Of a DNA stretch of 64,000 nt, positions 18,320 to 30,759 are shown piece by piece. The translations under genes were made by a program, and so were the position numbers. The notes beneath the pieces were generated by a model, which saw only the letters and a program-made list of their open reading frames with translations, made no database searches and was not told the origin of the DNA. Position 1 is the first letter of the stretch; every line of letters begins with the position of its first letter. Source of the stretch: Sphaerodactylus townsendi (taxonomy: Eukaryota); contig NC_059436.1 in the NCBI RefSeq assembly GCF_021028975.2, positions 25,544,001 through 25,608,000 on the forward strand, written 5' to 3'.

Positions 18320-21300
18320 TTATAAGCACTCTGGCACTTGGCTCTTTCTCCTTTTTGGTTTCTTCTGTCCTGCTTCAGCTTTGAACTGATGTCTAGACAA
18401 AGAGTTACAGAGAAAACTAATTACCAGGCCACTGTCCAAACTCAATTAAAAATCCTTCACACTGGTAACTGGAATACAGTACGACAACCACTGAGACACT
18501 CTAGCCAAATATTCAAGGGTCAGTTGTGTTATTCTCAGCTAAACCTACTTCACAGGAACACTGTGCAGATGAAACAGGAACAACTGCTTTTGGGAAGAAC
18601 AGTTGGGTAAAAATTAATGACGCTTAGATATGGAAAGAACCCCAAGGGTCATCTAGTCCAATGCAGGAAATTCACAGCTACCACCCCTTCATTCTCCTTG
18701 TGACTCCCACTCTGTGCCCAGAGGAAGGCAAAATAAACCCTCCAGGATCCATGACCAAAAACAGTCTGGAGGAAAGCCCCTTCAAAGTGGCAATTCAGCA
18801 TTACCCTGGTCTTGTAAGAGAACTAAGCACTAACTCATCCCGCCCTCCCTCTCATGATCTGCCAGTTCACGGAATCGGCATGGCTGTCAAATAACCATCT
18901 AGCCTTGGCTTAAAATTAAATCAAAAGGGTGTTCAGCTGAACATGAGGAAGAGCTGTTCTTCAACAGAACAGGCTTTCCCAGGAGGCGGTGGGCTCTCCT
19001 TTATGGAGGTTTTTAGGCAGAAATGTTTTAGGCAGCTTTTATTTTATACACTTTGTTCTTTGTAAAGTTCAGCTGAGTTTCTATCATCTGATTCAGACAA
19101 TAGGATTTTTATGGGTAGTAATTAAAAAGAAAAGGGATTTATTTCTTTTGGGGATTGTATTAGTGCGATGCTGCTTTTGACCAGTTGGCTGTTAAAGCAA
19201 TATCATGTAAGTAAGAAAGATAAACTATATCCACAGCATTCTTCTGCTTCAGCAAGGTAGTGACTCTCTCCAAAAAAGAGAGGAGGCCAGTCAGGCATGG
19301 CTTCTTCTTGAAGAACCTGGGCAGGCTCTTTCAACAGCTGCATGCAAAAGCGAGACAGCCATCACTTCAAGCCCTCTGCAAAAGCGTCTTCACTCATCAT
19401 TAGTGTCTAGAACTTTACCTTGACTGCCACCTCCTGCCGTGGTTCCACACCCGCCCAAAGGAAGGAAGCCAACCTTCTCCTGTCTGGGAAGTGTGGTCAA
19501 ATTTGGCCCCAACCCGACCAGGTGGGAGCTTCTTCAGCTTCTCTTTCTCTTCTTTAGGAAGGGAAAGAAAGGAGATGCTCTTCAGGCTTTAGCCAGAAAT
19601 CCAGCATTCCCTCCCAATTAAAGAACCACTTACTTTCCTTGAGAAATTCTTCATATGAAGGTCCAATTTGCCCCTGGCTGATCTCCTCTTCCAGCAACCA
19701 AGGAGGTTTGGCTCCTAAGGATGAATAGGGAAATATGCTTGTCTTACTTCACTGATAGCTTGCTTTTCACTGGGCCTCAAGTCAGGTTAAAAATATAGAA
19801 AACAATTCAATCAGATGGCAGAAAACAATGCAATAGGACTAAAATTGCAGAACTTAACAGTGTAAACAAACTGCTTAAGGCACAATATGTTATAACGCAG
19901 AAAGCGGGTTACATAAGTACTAAAGGCAATGTACTAAAAACAAGGTGATACATGCCATAAACTATCATTCTGTTCCCTTTGAAGTGCAACCTCCTGAGCT
20001 GTTCTTTTATGCTCAAATTTCAGCAAACTCCTTTCATAATTCAGGACAGGTAACCTTTTCCTCAGTCTTTTTTTGGTATGTCTTGTAGTACATTGCAAGA
20101 GAGACCAAAAAAGACTGAATGAGAGAAGTGCTATCCCTCCAGAATGATGAAAAGTAGTTTACTGAGAGGACATCTGAGTCCCATTGAAGATACTATCAGC
20201 CTTTGAAGATTTATTCAAAGCCAGTGACGATATTGGAAACTGGCCAGCTTGTTGATTTTCTATATTAGAGACTCCTCGCTGCAGTTAGAGGAACAATTCA
20301 GGTTGTATACATTTATTTATAGACCTGGTTTTTGGAATGTTACCAGTCTCAGAGAATTGCTGATTTTGGAATTTGAATGAAGCTCATGTTGCGCTCTATT
20401 GTACAATTTGTAAATATTAGAGGATTAGTAAATGTGTGAAAGTATTCAGTCAATTGGACTGCTAGCCACATTTGTGCAATTACGTTTACTGTTCCAGATT
20501 TAGCAGCACAACACACACACCACGGTTTTTGTGTTTGAGGAAATATTCAGTTCCAGCCTGTTCACACTGAGCCGCGATTGAATGGTACAGGGCAGAAAAA
20601 AGCTCACTAGTGCCTCTTGGATGTACAACAGCCTATCAGCACCCCTAGATTTAAAATATGCTCAAACATGTTTCAGGCAGTAAGAAAAGCAAGCAAGTCT
20701 TCAGACATACCTGTGTGCACATTACCCTTCCCTTGGGTTCCCTGTGGTTTAAAAAAGCAAAGAGTCAGAAATGTTAGCAAAACAATACAAAGGCACAAGA
20801 TTTAACAGATCCACTGGATTCTGGTCCTACTTACCTGGTGACCAATAAACGTTAAGGACTGCCCTGCTTCCTGCCAGTCGAGCTCAAGTATGGTACTACA
20901 GGGAGATCCAAGCTGTTCTTTAGCAGAGGTTGCACTTCCACTCGGGCCTGGCTGTGCACTGTCTTCACCGGCGAATGAGAAATCGCTGGAACACAGGAGA
21001 ATCTCTTAACTCGGGCTGGAGCCAGGCTGCAGGTGCACCTGGGCCAGCAAGGACTTGTCCAGAAAGGAGCACAAACTACTCCTGAATCAAGGTTTGGAAG
21101 CCAACCCCACAGCTAACTGGTGAGCCTCTTACCTTTGGGTCCCTGCACTGGTCTTGACAACAGCAACTTCTTTGAACAGCTCTGTCTCCGTCTGTGGCTG
21201 AGTTTGATTCAGGAAAAACAAATGCTTGTTCCAGGAGACAAGAGTAAAGTGTGCTTGCTAGAGACCCTTGACCTACTAAGCAGGAAGGGATTTCACCAAA

Positions 21301-23658
21301 TCCCAACAAAGAAAAAGTACACCAAGTACAGCCCCTCACATAAAAAAGGTAGCAGGGACCCCAGTTCTCTGCAGGAGCACATACCCACACACTCCATCCA
21401 CCCTCTTCACAACCTCATGCATCTGGACAGTGCCAGGAGGAAAGTGACCTAGCTGGGAAGTTCTGGTGCTGGTGAACAGAGCAAAGGGCTTCCACAGAGG
21501 GAAGAGAGATTCAGTCCATACCAGTAATGGCACTGTGAGGCATCCAAGAGCCACAGAGCACTGCTGAAAGGGGCCCACTTTCACTGGGGGTGGTCTTCTC
21601 TGTAAGGTGGGAGATTTCCCAAACAGGCAGGTGCCAGAAGGCTACAGGCGGCAAACCAAGTGTCATGGGGAGATCCCTCAAGGTGCCTGGAGCTGGGCCC
21701 ATGTTTTACCCCCTCGAGCCAAAGGACAAGGTTACAGCACTTGCCCACTAAGAAACAGAAAGACAATTGGGGAGGGGAAGCTGCAAGGAGAATTGTGAAT
21801 ACGATGGTGGATACTGCCCTCTGGCATCCTGGGCACACAAACCTCTAAGGAAGCCTGCACCGTTTCTTGTCGGCTCTCTTCCACCTTTCGGATATGAGCT
21901 GCCATCTGTAACCAGAGTGGGTAGGGGACACGGTCAAATTGTGAGATAAAAGAGCCACTCAGACTCCCGCTCACCCCAGTGCCATCCCACACACCTGCTG
22001 AATGACTTCATCCTTGCCTGCTTCATAAGTATCCAGAGCTTTGGTGAGGGAAGCCTTGAAGCTGGAATGAAAGCCAGAGCACGTGATTGTGGAACTAAGA
22101 AGACGCAGGCGTTCTGTGGTCTCTACCGTAGACCATGCAGGGCAGCAACGCTACTGCTCTTTGAACAAGGGGCGGGTGAGCAGGGGGAGGGACGAGCGGA
22201 AGAGGCAAGATAGGCCCTATATTCCCCTGCCCCACAGCAACATCACTCTGCTGACAGAGGGTCGACTCACAGCTCGTAATCCTCGGAGGAAATCAGGAAC
22301 TGGGACTTCAGGCTGGGGTCTGCTTTGTTCTCCCACCAGAACGTATGGACTGCTTTTCTATGTTCAGGGCTTTAAAAAGAAGACCAACTGCTTTAGCTGC
22401 ACACCCTTCCAGCACAACTGACCTGGCCAGAACACTTTGTGCAGACTGCGCCGGCCCTGGAGGCTCGCCTCGTCGCTGTGCTGCCCACCACCAAAAAGGC
22501 TTGTATCACAATGAGCCAAGGCAGGCATGACCACGAACAACAGGCCTCACGAGGGACTGGGCGTCATGGCTGAGTCTGCCCAGGAGGAGGAATAACCAGG
22601 GTCAGCATGGTGTGGGCACTGCCTGAGACCTGGGAAGCCACTGGCCATGTGACCTGGATGGACCAATGGTCTGATTCGGTATCAGGCAGCTTCACATGTC
22701 TAATTTGGGTCCCCACGGGGAGAGAAGGTGAGGTACAAAAAAAGGTGTCACAGATCTCAGCAGTGGCTTGACCACGTTGGTGAGCCACAGGCAGGAGGCA
22801 TTAACCCGGTCTCAGCAGCCCAGGGCCCTTGTGGGGTCCTCAGTTGGCCCCTTTCGGATTCAGTGGTCTCTGCTGTCACCTTGCCCAGGTGTGGCGGAAG
22901 GAGCCCAGCCCTCAGGTCAGGGTCCCCCAGAGGAAGGCCAGCCTGAGGTGGTATCCATGGGCATCAGCTGCTGCCTCTCCGCCACATCTGTTGCTGGTCA
23001 AGCAAACATCCCTGCACTAAACGGCTCAGGTGAGTGAGCCCGGCCGGTGTCCTGCTTAAGGGCAGGCAGGGGTCCATTACCCCCGCGTGAAGCCTGCTGC
23101 TGGGGGCCCCTCCCGGCCCAAGGGGGCGGCGGCCATGGCAAAGCCGGGGCCCCCCGCGGGGCTGCTGAGACTCGGGCGCTTTTTGCGGGCCGGCTCTGCC
23201 TGCACCCCCCGCCGCCGCCGCCGCCGCCGCCGCCTCCTCCGGGGTCTTCGCGGCTCCCCCCGCCCCCGGGGCTCACCTGGCCAGGTGCTCCAGCAGGCCG
23301 CCGTGCAGCGCCGCCACCGCCCCGTGGCTCAGGTGCCGCCTCACCTCGCGGGCGCAGCAGGGGCACCAGAAGGGCCGGTCGTGCTCCGGGGGGTCGTAGG
23401 GGGCCACCACGGCTCGCCTCACCGTCCTGCGGGCCGCCTCCACCTGCGGGGCAAAGGCACACACGTTGCCGAGGCCCGCGGCCGCCCCCGTCCCGGTCCC
23501 CCCCCCCACCCGGGGAGGCTCCCCGCCCGCACCTTCTCCCGCAGGCGGGCCAGCAGGGCCCGGAGCCTGCGCTGGTGTCCGGCGCTGTAGAGGTGGCCGC
23601 GGCGGCCGGAGAAAGCGGTGCGGCGGCAGAGCGGGCAGCGGAAGGGCTCCGTCGCCAT
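18320..23658 (-). CDS. CENATAC: Centrosomal AT-AC splicing factor (CCDC84), about 351 aa
   Basis: 11 phase-consistent exons: 23658-23533, 23443-23277, 22369-22271, 22061-21995, 21905-21843, 21197-21133, 20985-20835, 20741-20711, 19714-19634, 19551-19419, 18392-18320 = 1056 nt. Zinc fingers CPLCR..GH and WCPCC..LLEHLASPEH..FWWENKA; LTFIGHQ; [14 protein letters not shown]; [22 protein letters not shown]. Confidence 0.93.
18620..19020. mobile_element. Degenerate CR1 3'-end fragments in the last CENATAC intron
   Basis: GGAAAGAACCCCAAGGGTCATCTAGTCCAA and GTGGGCTCTCCTTTATGGAGGTTTTTAGGCAGA resemble the CR1 3' ends at 45083 and 57655. Confidence 0.55.
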
Positions 23659-24150
23659 GGGAACCCCGCCGGGCCCCGCGCCGTCGCCGCCCGCCATCTT
23701 GGGCGCCCGCAGAGACCCGGGGGCGGGGCCTACTGCTGGGACGTCACCTGCCTGCTCCCCGCCCCTCGCCCGGCAGGCAGAGGAGGGCCGGGCGCAGCAG
23801 CTCCACGGCCCTGCGAGGAACGGAGCCCCGCCCTCTGCCAGCGCCGGGCGCTACTGCAGGCCTGGGGAGCTGGGTTCGAATCCGCGCTTTGCCCTGAGCT
23901 GAGAGCTCCGCCTCCCGCCCCGCCTCTCCTGCGTCTCGCAGCAGCACAGAACGGGGAACAGGCAGGAGAGCACAGAAGGCGGATTTCGGGCCCCGGGCGG
24001 GCGGGCGGGCGGGATGGGAGGAAATGCGGACAGCTGACAGCCCGTGAGCTTTGCCTGTGCGTGTATGAACGCAAATGCCGGGAACGCCCGCGGGCAGCGA
24101 GCAAGTGGGCATGGCTGAAGGCCGCATAATGGGCCCCTCTGCAATACACC
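23659..24150 (-). promoter_or_regulatory. CpG-island promoter of CENATAC
   Basis: GC/CpG rich; YY1-type CCGCCATCTT (23691-23700), GC box GGGGCGGGG, CRE-like GACGTCA at about 23740. Confidence 0.65.
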
Positions 24151-25824
24151 GCTGCATCATGCACCTCCTCCCCCAGCAGCGCCTCAGTGTGCCTGGGACT
24201 GATTCCAGCCTCCGGGCTCATTTTCCCACCACAGCGCCAACCAGTCCTTGTTTTCATCCCACCTTTCCCTTCCTCCAGTGTGTTTCAATGGCACCCATGC
24301 AAGGGCCCTGGCATTCCTGGCTCCCAGTGTGTCCAACGGGCCTTCTAGCATCTCCCTTTGGTTCTAAGGGGCATTCCTGTCGTCTCTTTGCTCTCACTGG
24401 ACAAGACAGGAGGGGAAGATCATGACCCTCGCCAAGTCAGCTCAGCTCCTGCCATCTTTCTTGTTATTGAGGTCCTTCTCATGCTTTCCGCCTGAGAAAG
24501 AGAGTGATCAAGTAAAGAATAGTATCTGTTTTTGGAATGCGTGTGTCTGGGTGAATGGCCTCTGCCTTCTTTCCTCCTCTTTCTAGCTCCCTCTCCTGTG
24601 GGAATTGTGTGTCCTGCCTGAGTAGTGGGGGAGGGGGGTCAGGGGGGAGGGTCTGATGTATTTCTGCTGGGAACATATATCTGTTGCTTGTAAGGGTCTG
24701 ACCAGTTCAGACAAAAAAGTTATCACATTTTCCTATGCCTGCCATTAATAAAACTAGAATTCTACTTTTAAAGTACTGATTCCTGTCTTGGGGCAAGTCT
24801 GGGGTTGTGACACACAAACTGCTTGTAGCTTCACATTAAGAAAAATAATTTGAAAAGTGGGGGCCACTAGAAGGAGCCAAGAGGAGCCCTGGGTCCTCAG
24901 ATGCACAAGACGAGCTGTGCACACCCTGCTCCTTGCTGCTGAGGCTGAGCCCGTCTGGGTCAAGGGAACTGCACTGAAGTGCAAAGAAGGACACAGGGGC
25001 TGGCGTTCCAATGATCTCTGCTGCTGCCGGCCTGGGTTTGTTCCCTGCACATCCCAAGAAAAAAGGACTCACACAAACTGGTCACTGCACATTTTTACTT
25101 CAAAGTACCCCCAAATAAAACAAGGCCACCCCACCCCCATTCCCTGCCTCCCTGCAGGGACCACAAATGGCAGAAACCGCCTGCCCTCTGCCCTGCCATT
25201 CCTCCTCCTACCATAGAAGACCAGAGGACTGCATGGGCAGAAAGGCAGCAGCCATATGGGGGCCTTGTGGGCACAAACATTCTCACTTGGGAAACAACCC
25301 TCTGCCCTTCTGGAGGAAGCCGGGGCGGGCTCGGCAGCTCCGTGCAGCAGAGACCCTCCTTCCTGTCATCGCTGGTGAGGACATCAGTGCAGCCAGGCAA
25401 AGGTGGTATTCTCCACACGTTCACAGGCTGGGTCAAAGCCCAAAGAGAGACTTCACCAGTTCTGGGGGTGAGGAGACAAACAAAGGAGGGTTGTGATCAA
25501 GAGACGCCCCAGCCCCCCTTTTCAGGCAAGTCAGGGGCCACTTTTGTGGCGTGAGCGCCAGACTAGAGTGTGTGTGGCACAGGTGCCAATCCCTACTCTG
25601 CCATGGACACGGGATGGACTGGGATGGGATGGGCATGGACCAGCCACACACACTCAGTCTGGCCCAGGTCTCAGGGTACAAACAGAAGGTGGGGAGAGAA
25701 TGTGCCACTTTGGGGGCAAATTTGTTCCTGTGCAAAGGAAGAACCCAGAGTAGCTTGCCAACAATTCCACACCACTCGTCCCCTGACTGTCAAGACCCCC
25801 CCAGACCCAGCTGACCTCCTGGTC

Positions 25825-27000
25825 CCAAGGACGTAGGTAAGGGGGGGTTTCTCAGGTTCAACCCCCCCATTCATGTCCGAAGCTCCGCCCCTCCGTTTGA
25901 GGGTTTTAAATTTTTAAGTGTTTTTTCGGTTTTTGACCTGCAGGGGGCGCATTGTTTGGGCTAGCTAGCAGCACCAAACTTTCAGGGATTGTTTGGGGAA
26001 CTCTCCTGATGATACTACCTGGGTTTGGTGAGGTTTGGTTCAGGGGGTCCAAAGTTATGGACTCTCAAAGAAGGGTCCCCGTCCTCCATTGTTTCCAATG
26101 GGACCTAATAGAAGATGGGGGCTACACCTTTGAGGGTCCATAACTTTGGACACCCTGGCTCACACTAAACCAGTAATATCATTAGGAGAATCTCTCAGAG
26201 TACCCTGAGAAGTTTGGTGCTACTAGCTTAACAATTGCACCCCTGACAGCAGGCACCCCCCAAATTTCCCCAGATTCTCCTTTTAAATCCACCCCTTTGG
26301 CATGAATTTAAAGGGAGAATCTGAGGTCCTCAGTTTAGAACAGGGGGTAGGGAACCTGCGGCTCTCCAGATGTTCAGGAGACTACAATTCCCATCAGCCC
26401 CTACCAGCATGGCCAATTGGCCATGCTGACGAAGGCTGATTAGGGTGAATTGTGGATCCCTCGGAAAACACCAGGATCTAGAAAAAGAGTTTGGATTTAT
26501 ATCTCCCCTTTTCTCTCCTGTAAAGGACTCCAAGGAGTTTGCAATCTCTTGCCCTTCCTCCCTCAAAACAGCATACTACCCTGTGAGGGTGGGTGGGGCT
26601 GGAGAGCTCAGAGAGCTGTGACCTTGAGGTCACCCAGCTGGGTCAGTGGGAGTGCACAGGCTAATCTATGAATTCCCCAGATAAGCCTCCACAGCTCAAT
26701 GACAGAGCAGGGGAATCAAACCCGGTTCACTCCAGATTAGAATGCCTGCTTAGCCATTACATGCATTGAAAGTGATGCTGTTTCAGGGTGGGGGATAATC
26801 CACCCCAAAACAGCATCACTTTCAATGTTGTTTAACTAGGAACCCCAGATTCTCCCTTTAAGGTGGACTTAAAAGGAGAATTTGGACTCTCTAGTTTAAA
26901 CACCATTGAAAGTGATGCTGTTTGGGGGTGGATTCCAGCATCACGGGGGGGGGGGCTCAGATTTTGCACTGGGCTCCATTTTCCCTCTATGCCTCTGCCC
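25825..27000. mobile_element. Composite non-autonomous DNA-transposon region with nested MITE fragment (about 26341-26460) and SINE (about 26480-26760, -)
   Basis: Shares TTTGGTGAGGTTTGGTTCAGGGGGTCCAAAGTTATGGAC / GTCCATAACTTTGGAC units with the TSD-flanked element at 46979-47828. The MITE fragment matches 57163 and 59755; the SINE is the reverse complement of 1046-1333. Confidence 0.7.
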
Positions 27001-27226
27001 AGCTGGGAGCCCAGCTGGTGGGGGGCAGGGGAGGGCCGGGCAGGGGTGTCTGCCGTCCCCGCCTCGGAGAGCTGCTTTTATAAGTGCTAGGCCAGGGGCG
27101 GGGGTTGGGGAGGTGTGGCCATACCCTAGGGGCGGGTGGGGGTGTGGCCCCACCCCGAACCCCCCCATCCTGCCTCATCCCCTTGCCCAGCAGCCAGCCT
27201 GCCTGGTCGCTGTCCCCGCTGCCCAC

Positions 27227-28354
27227 CTGGCCGGTCCGTGCTCTGACGCAGCAGCCCCACCTGGGCCTCCGACAGGGCCTGCAGCTCTGCCCGGAGCTTG
27301 TGGCGCCCCTCGGGGGTCAGCTGCCACAGGCGGGACTTGCGGTTCCCTTCCAGGCACACAAACTCTGCGGTCTTCTGGAAGCTGCTGCTGAAGCACAGGT
27401 TGTGGCGGACGGTGTTCTTCCAGCCCCCCGGAGCCGTGCGGAAGAACGGGAAGTGGTGCCTGCCAGGGAGGGAGCCAAGGCAGACCATCACCGGCCTCTC
27501 CACCACCTCCACCACCCCGCCCTCCTGCAGGGGCACCTGGCCGGCCGGCCGACCGGCCTTGCTGGAGCCCGAGCCCGAGGGGGGCGGGGCGGGCAGGCAG
27601 GCAGGCGGCCGGGGTTTGGCCTCTGTGGTGCTCCTGCGCCCTCGGGGCACCCACCGCACGAACTGGTAGATCTGCCGCACGGCCAGGCTGCCGTGTGCGC
27701 CGCGGCTCAGGGCCAGGCTGATGAGGAGGCTGTAGTGGAGCGGCGGGGGAGGCCAGCCGCCCGCCGCCCTCTTCTGCCTCCGGCCCCGCCAACGGACCAG
27801 GCCCCTTCGTCTGCGGCCCAACGGCCGGGGGGTTCCCGCCAGGCAGGTCGTCTCCTCCGCCGGCGGCACCTGTTCAGACGGGAGAGTAGCCGGTGGGAGG
27901 CGGGCGGCAGCCGCCGAGGCCCCGGACTCGCCCCGGCCCAGCCAGCCCCCTCCCCGCGCCCAGGCAGAGCCGCGGGGCGATGCTGCGTACCTGGGCTCCT
28001 CGGCCGAGCGACGAGAGCGCTTCCTCCCGACGGCAGGCGGCGGGGCCCGGGCGTCCGGCGATGGGACAGACCCGGTTGGGATCCACCCACCTCCACAGGT
28101 GCGGCTGGGTCTCGGCCTCTGCGGAGGGGACGGCAGAGAAGCTCGTCGACCACGGGCCGGGGGGCTGGGTCGGGGCCGCCCAGAGGGCTGGGAGAGCCGC
28201 CTCGGCCCCAGGGGCTTCTCGCACTCCGCACAGGCCCCGCCGGTACCCCAGGTGCCCTACCTTCAGGCGAGCGCTCGCCGGTCGGCCCCGAGACAGGGCC
28301 GCGCCGTCGAGGCAGGCTGGCCCAAAAGGCCGCATTCCGCAGGCGCAGATCCAT
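27227..28354 (-). CDS. FOXR1: Forkhead box R1 (FOXN5) transcription factor; terminal exon unresolved
   Basis: Exons 28354-28261, 28118-27991, 27869-27655, 27459-27227. Forkhead WPPPPLHYSLLISLAL..QIYQFVRHHFPFFRTAPGGWKNTVRHNLCFSSSFQK..RLWQLTPEG; FOXR motif QPHLWRWVDPNRVCP; syntenic position next to CCDC84. Confidence 0.85.
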
Positions 28355-29429
28355 CGGGCCGCCGCGCGCAAGCTCCGCGGGGCAGGGACCTTGTCCTGCC
28401 GGCCTCGCGCCTATAAGGGCCGGCGGAGGCAGGGCCTGCCCCCTGCTCTGTTCTGCCCTGGCCGGAGGTGGGGTGGGGGCTTCCTCCTGCCCCGAGGGCC
28501 CCGGGAAGCGACCTGCCCGGCGCGGCTCCTGGGCGCCTTGAGAAGGCCGAGGCCAGCCGGGGTCCCGTCGCCCCGGAGGGTTGCTCTGGTAGCGGATGCC
28601 GCTTGCCTCTCCTGGCCGCGGGGGGGGGGGGGGGGCCGTGTGGCCATGTCCGGACTGCGGCATGTCAACCCCAGAGGCCTCTGCGGGGCGGGGCGGGGCG
28701 GGGCGGGGGGCGCCACTGCTGGCACATGTCGCACCAGGAAAGACAGCGGGGACAGCCGGGTGAAAGGCGCCGACATCTAAATGGCGAGTCCGCAGCTTTG
28801 GACCAGAGCGCCGACCTCCAGGCTGGATGTGATGGTGGCTGGATGTGATGGTGGCCTGGCCTGGGCGCCTCTGCAGGGTGAGACCCACCAGGGCAGGGGG
28901 ACCTGGGCTCTTCTCTCGGCCGGAGGAGGCCTCCGCCCTGCCTGGCCCCTGGGCATGATGGGTGTGACTGGGTGCCTATTCGTGCAGGTCCCAGAGAACA
29001 CGTGGAGGTGGTTCCACCAAGAAGAGGCAGCTTTTTCCTGGGCTTGGCAGCGAGGCCTGTCAGAACTGCCTCCAGGTGCCATTTCTTTCTGGGCAGTAAA
29101 TGCAGGTAATTTGAAGGAGTGGGGGAGGGGCCCCCAGAGTTTCTGAGTCCGAGGAAAGACACATCCCCCACTTTCCTGGGAACTCTGAAGCCCATTACAC
29201 CTTGCTGCTGCTGGAGAGGCGACATAATACAGCTGCGGAAGTGGTGCACACCTGCTGAATTCCAGGCTCAGGTGAAAGACTGGACAGGAACTTCATCATT
29301 GGCAGGGGAGGGGAGGAGGTCGCAGTCTGTGTTTCCGTAGCTGAATGTATCTGCTGCTTCCAGCTGGTTCTGATATTTGTCACTGGAAGGACCCTCCAGA
29401 AGGTGAGGGAGACGCCTGGTTGCCAGGCT

Positions 29430-29650
29430 TTGGTGCTCACCTGGAAGTGGGCTCTTATCTGAAGAACCGGGTTCGATTCCTGACTCTTCCACATGAAGCC
29501 ACTGGGTGTCCTTGGGCCAATCACAGTTCTCTCTGAACTCTCTCAGCCCAGCCTGCCTCTCAAGGTGTCTGTTGTAGGGAGAGGAAGGGAAATGAGTTTG
29601 TGAGGCTCCTTCCAGGCGGGGTATCAATCCAGGCTCCTCGTCTTCTTATT
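29430..29650 (+). mobile_element. Diverged tRNA-derived SINE
   Basis: B-box-like GGTTCGATTCC and CTGGGTGTCCTTGGGCCAATCACAGTTCTCTC body shared with the other SINE copies. Confidence 0.6.
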
Positions 29651-29773
29651 CGTTTGAAGTGGAGCTCCAAGGTCTTGGGCCTGGTGAGCTGGCGACCTGT
29701 TTGTGTGCCCATGCAGATTGTAGTGGGGGGTGGGGAAAAGAAGACAAGGGAGCTCTCTGGAGACGTGAACCAA

Positions 29774-29860
29774 NNNNNNNNNNNNNNNNNNNNNNNNNNN
29801 NNNNNNNNNNNNNNNNNNNNNNNNNNNNNNNNNNNNNNNNNNNNNNNNNNNNNNNNNNNN
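29774..29860. other. Assembly gap (87 N)
   Basis: Run of N. Confidence 1.
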
Positions 29861-29904
29861 TGTGAGAGAAGCCACTGGGCTCAGCCCTGGTACCGCCTTG
29901 CCCT

Positions 29905-30660
29905 GAGTGACAGGAGTTCTAGTCAATATTTTTATCAATGACTTGGATGATGGAATAGAGGGCTTGCTGGTCAAATTTGTAGATGACACCCAATTAGGAG
30001 GGGTAGCTAATACGCCAGGGGACAGGGTCAGAATTCAAAATGACCTGGACCAATTAGAGAGCAGGGCCAAAACTAAGAATAAATTTCAACTGAGACAAAT
30101 GTAAGATTCTACACTTAGGCAGAGAAAAAATGAAATGCACAGATATAGGATGGGTGACACCTGGCTTGACAACAGTGCACATGAAAGGGATCTGAGAGTC
30201 TTAATAGACCACAGACTGAACGAGTCAGCAGTGTGATGCAGCAGCCAAGAAAACCAATGCAATTCTGGGCTATATCAGGAGGAATATAGGGTCTAGATTG
30301 AGGGACATAATAGTACCTTTCTATTCTGCAATGGTCAGACCTCACCTGGAATACTGGGTCCAGTTCTGGGTGTGGCAGGTCAAGAAGGATATTGACAAGC
30401 TGGAAACGGGTCCAGAGGAGGGCGACCAAAATGGTTGTTTCTATGCCCCTATGAGGAGAGACTTAGGGAGCTGGGGATGTTTAGTCTGAAGAAGTGAAGG
30501 TTAAGGGGGGACATGATAGCCATGTTCAAATCAAATATTTGATCCCTTCAAATGTCATATCGGAGAGGGAGCAAGCTTGTTTTCCGCTGCTCCAGAGACC
30601 AGGACCAGGAGTGATGGGTTCAAGGTACAACGAAATAGATTCCACCTAAACATAAGGCAG
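29905..30660 (+). mobile_element. Decayed CR1 LINE ORF2 (RT C-terminal part)
   Basis: NIFINDLDDGIEGLLVKFVDDTQLGG and YSAMVRPHLEYWVQFW with stops and frameshifts. Confidence 0.88.
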
Positions 30661-30759
30661 CTGCGTAGCATCCCTCCTGGCAGTCCCAGCAGCTTATCTG
30701 TGTGAGCTGGAGGTTTGTACAGCTGCCAAGGAGCAGGCTGTGCAAGTGGGCCTGGTCTC

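Noticed and set aside
18393-23532. Minor (U12) introns or a USSE-type tandem U11 site in CENATAC
   Set aside because: All ten donors are U2-type GT sites, and I saw no tandem RTATCCTT motif.
23047-24129. 360-aa plus-strand ORF over the CENATAC 5' end
   Set aside because: Antisense GC-rich artefact of the CpG island.
27084-28888. 485-aa (+) and 393-aa (-) ORFs over FOXR1
   Set aside because: Antisense or intron read-through of GC-rich sequence; the real coding pieces are explained by the spliced model.
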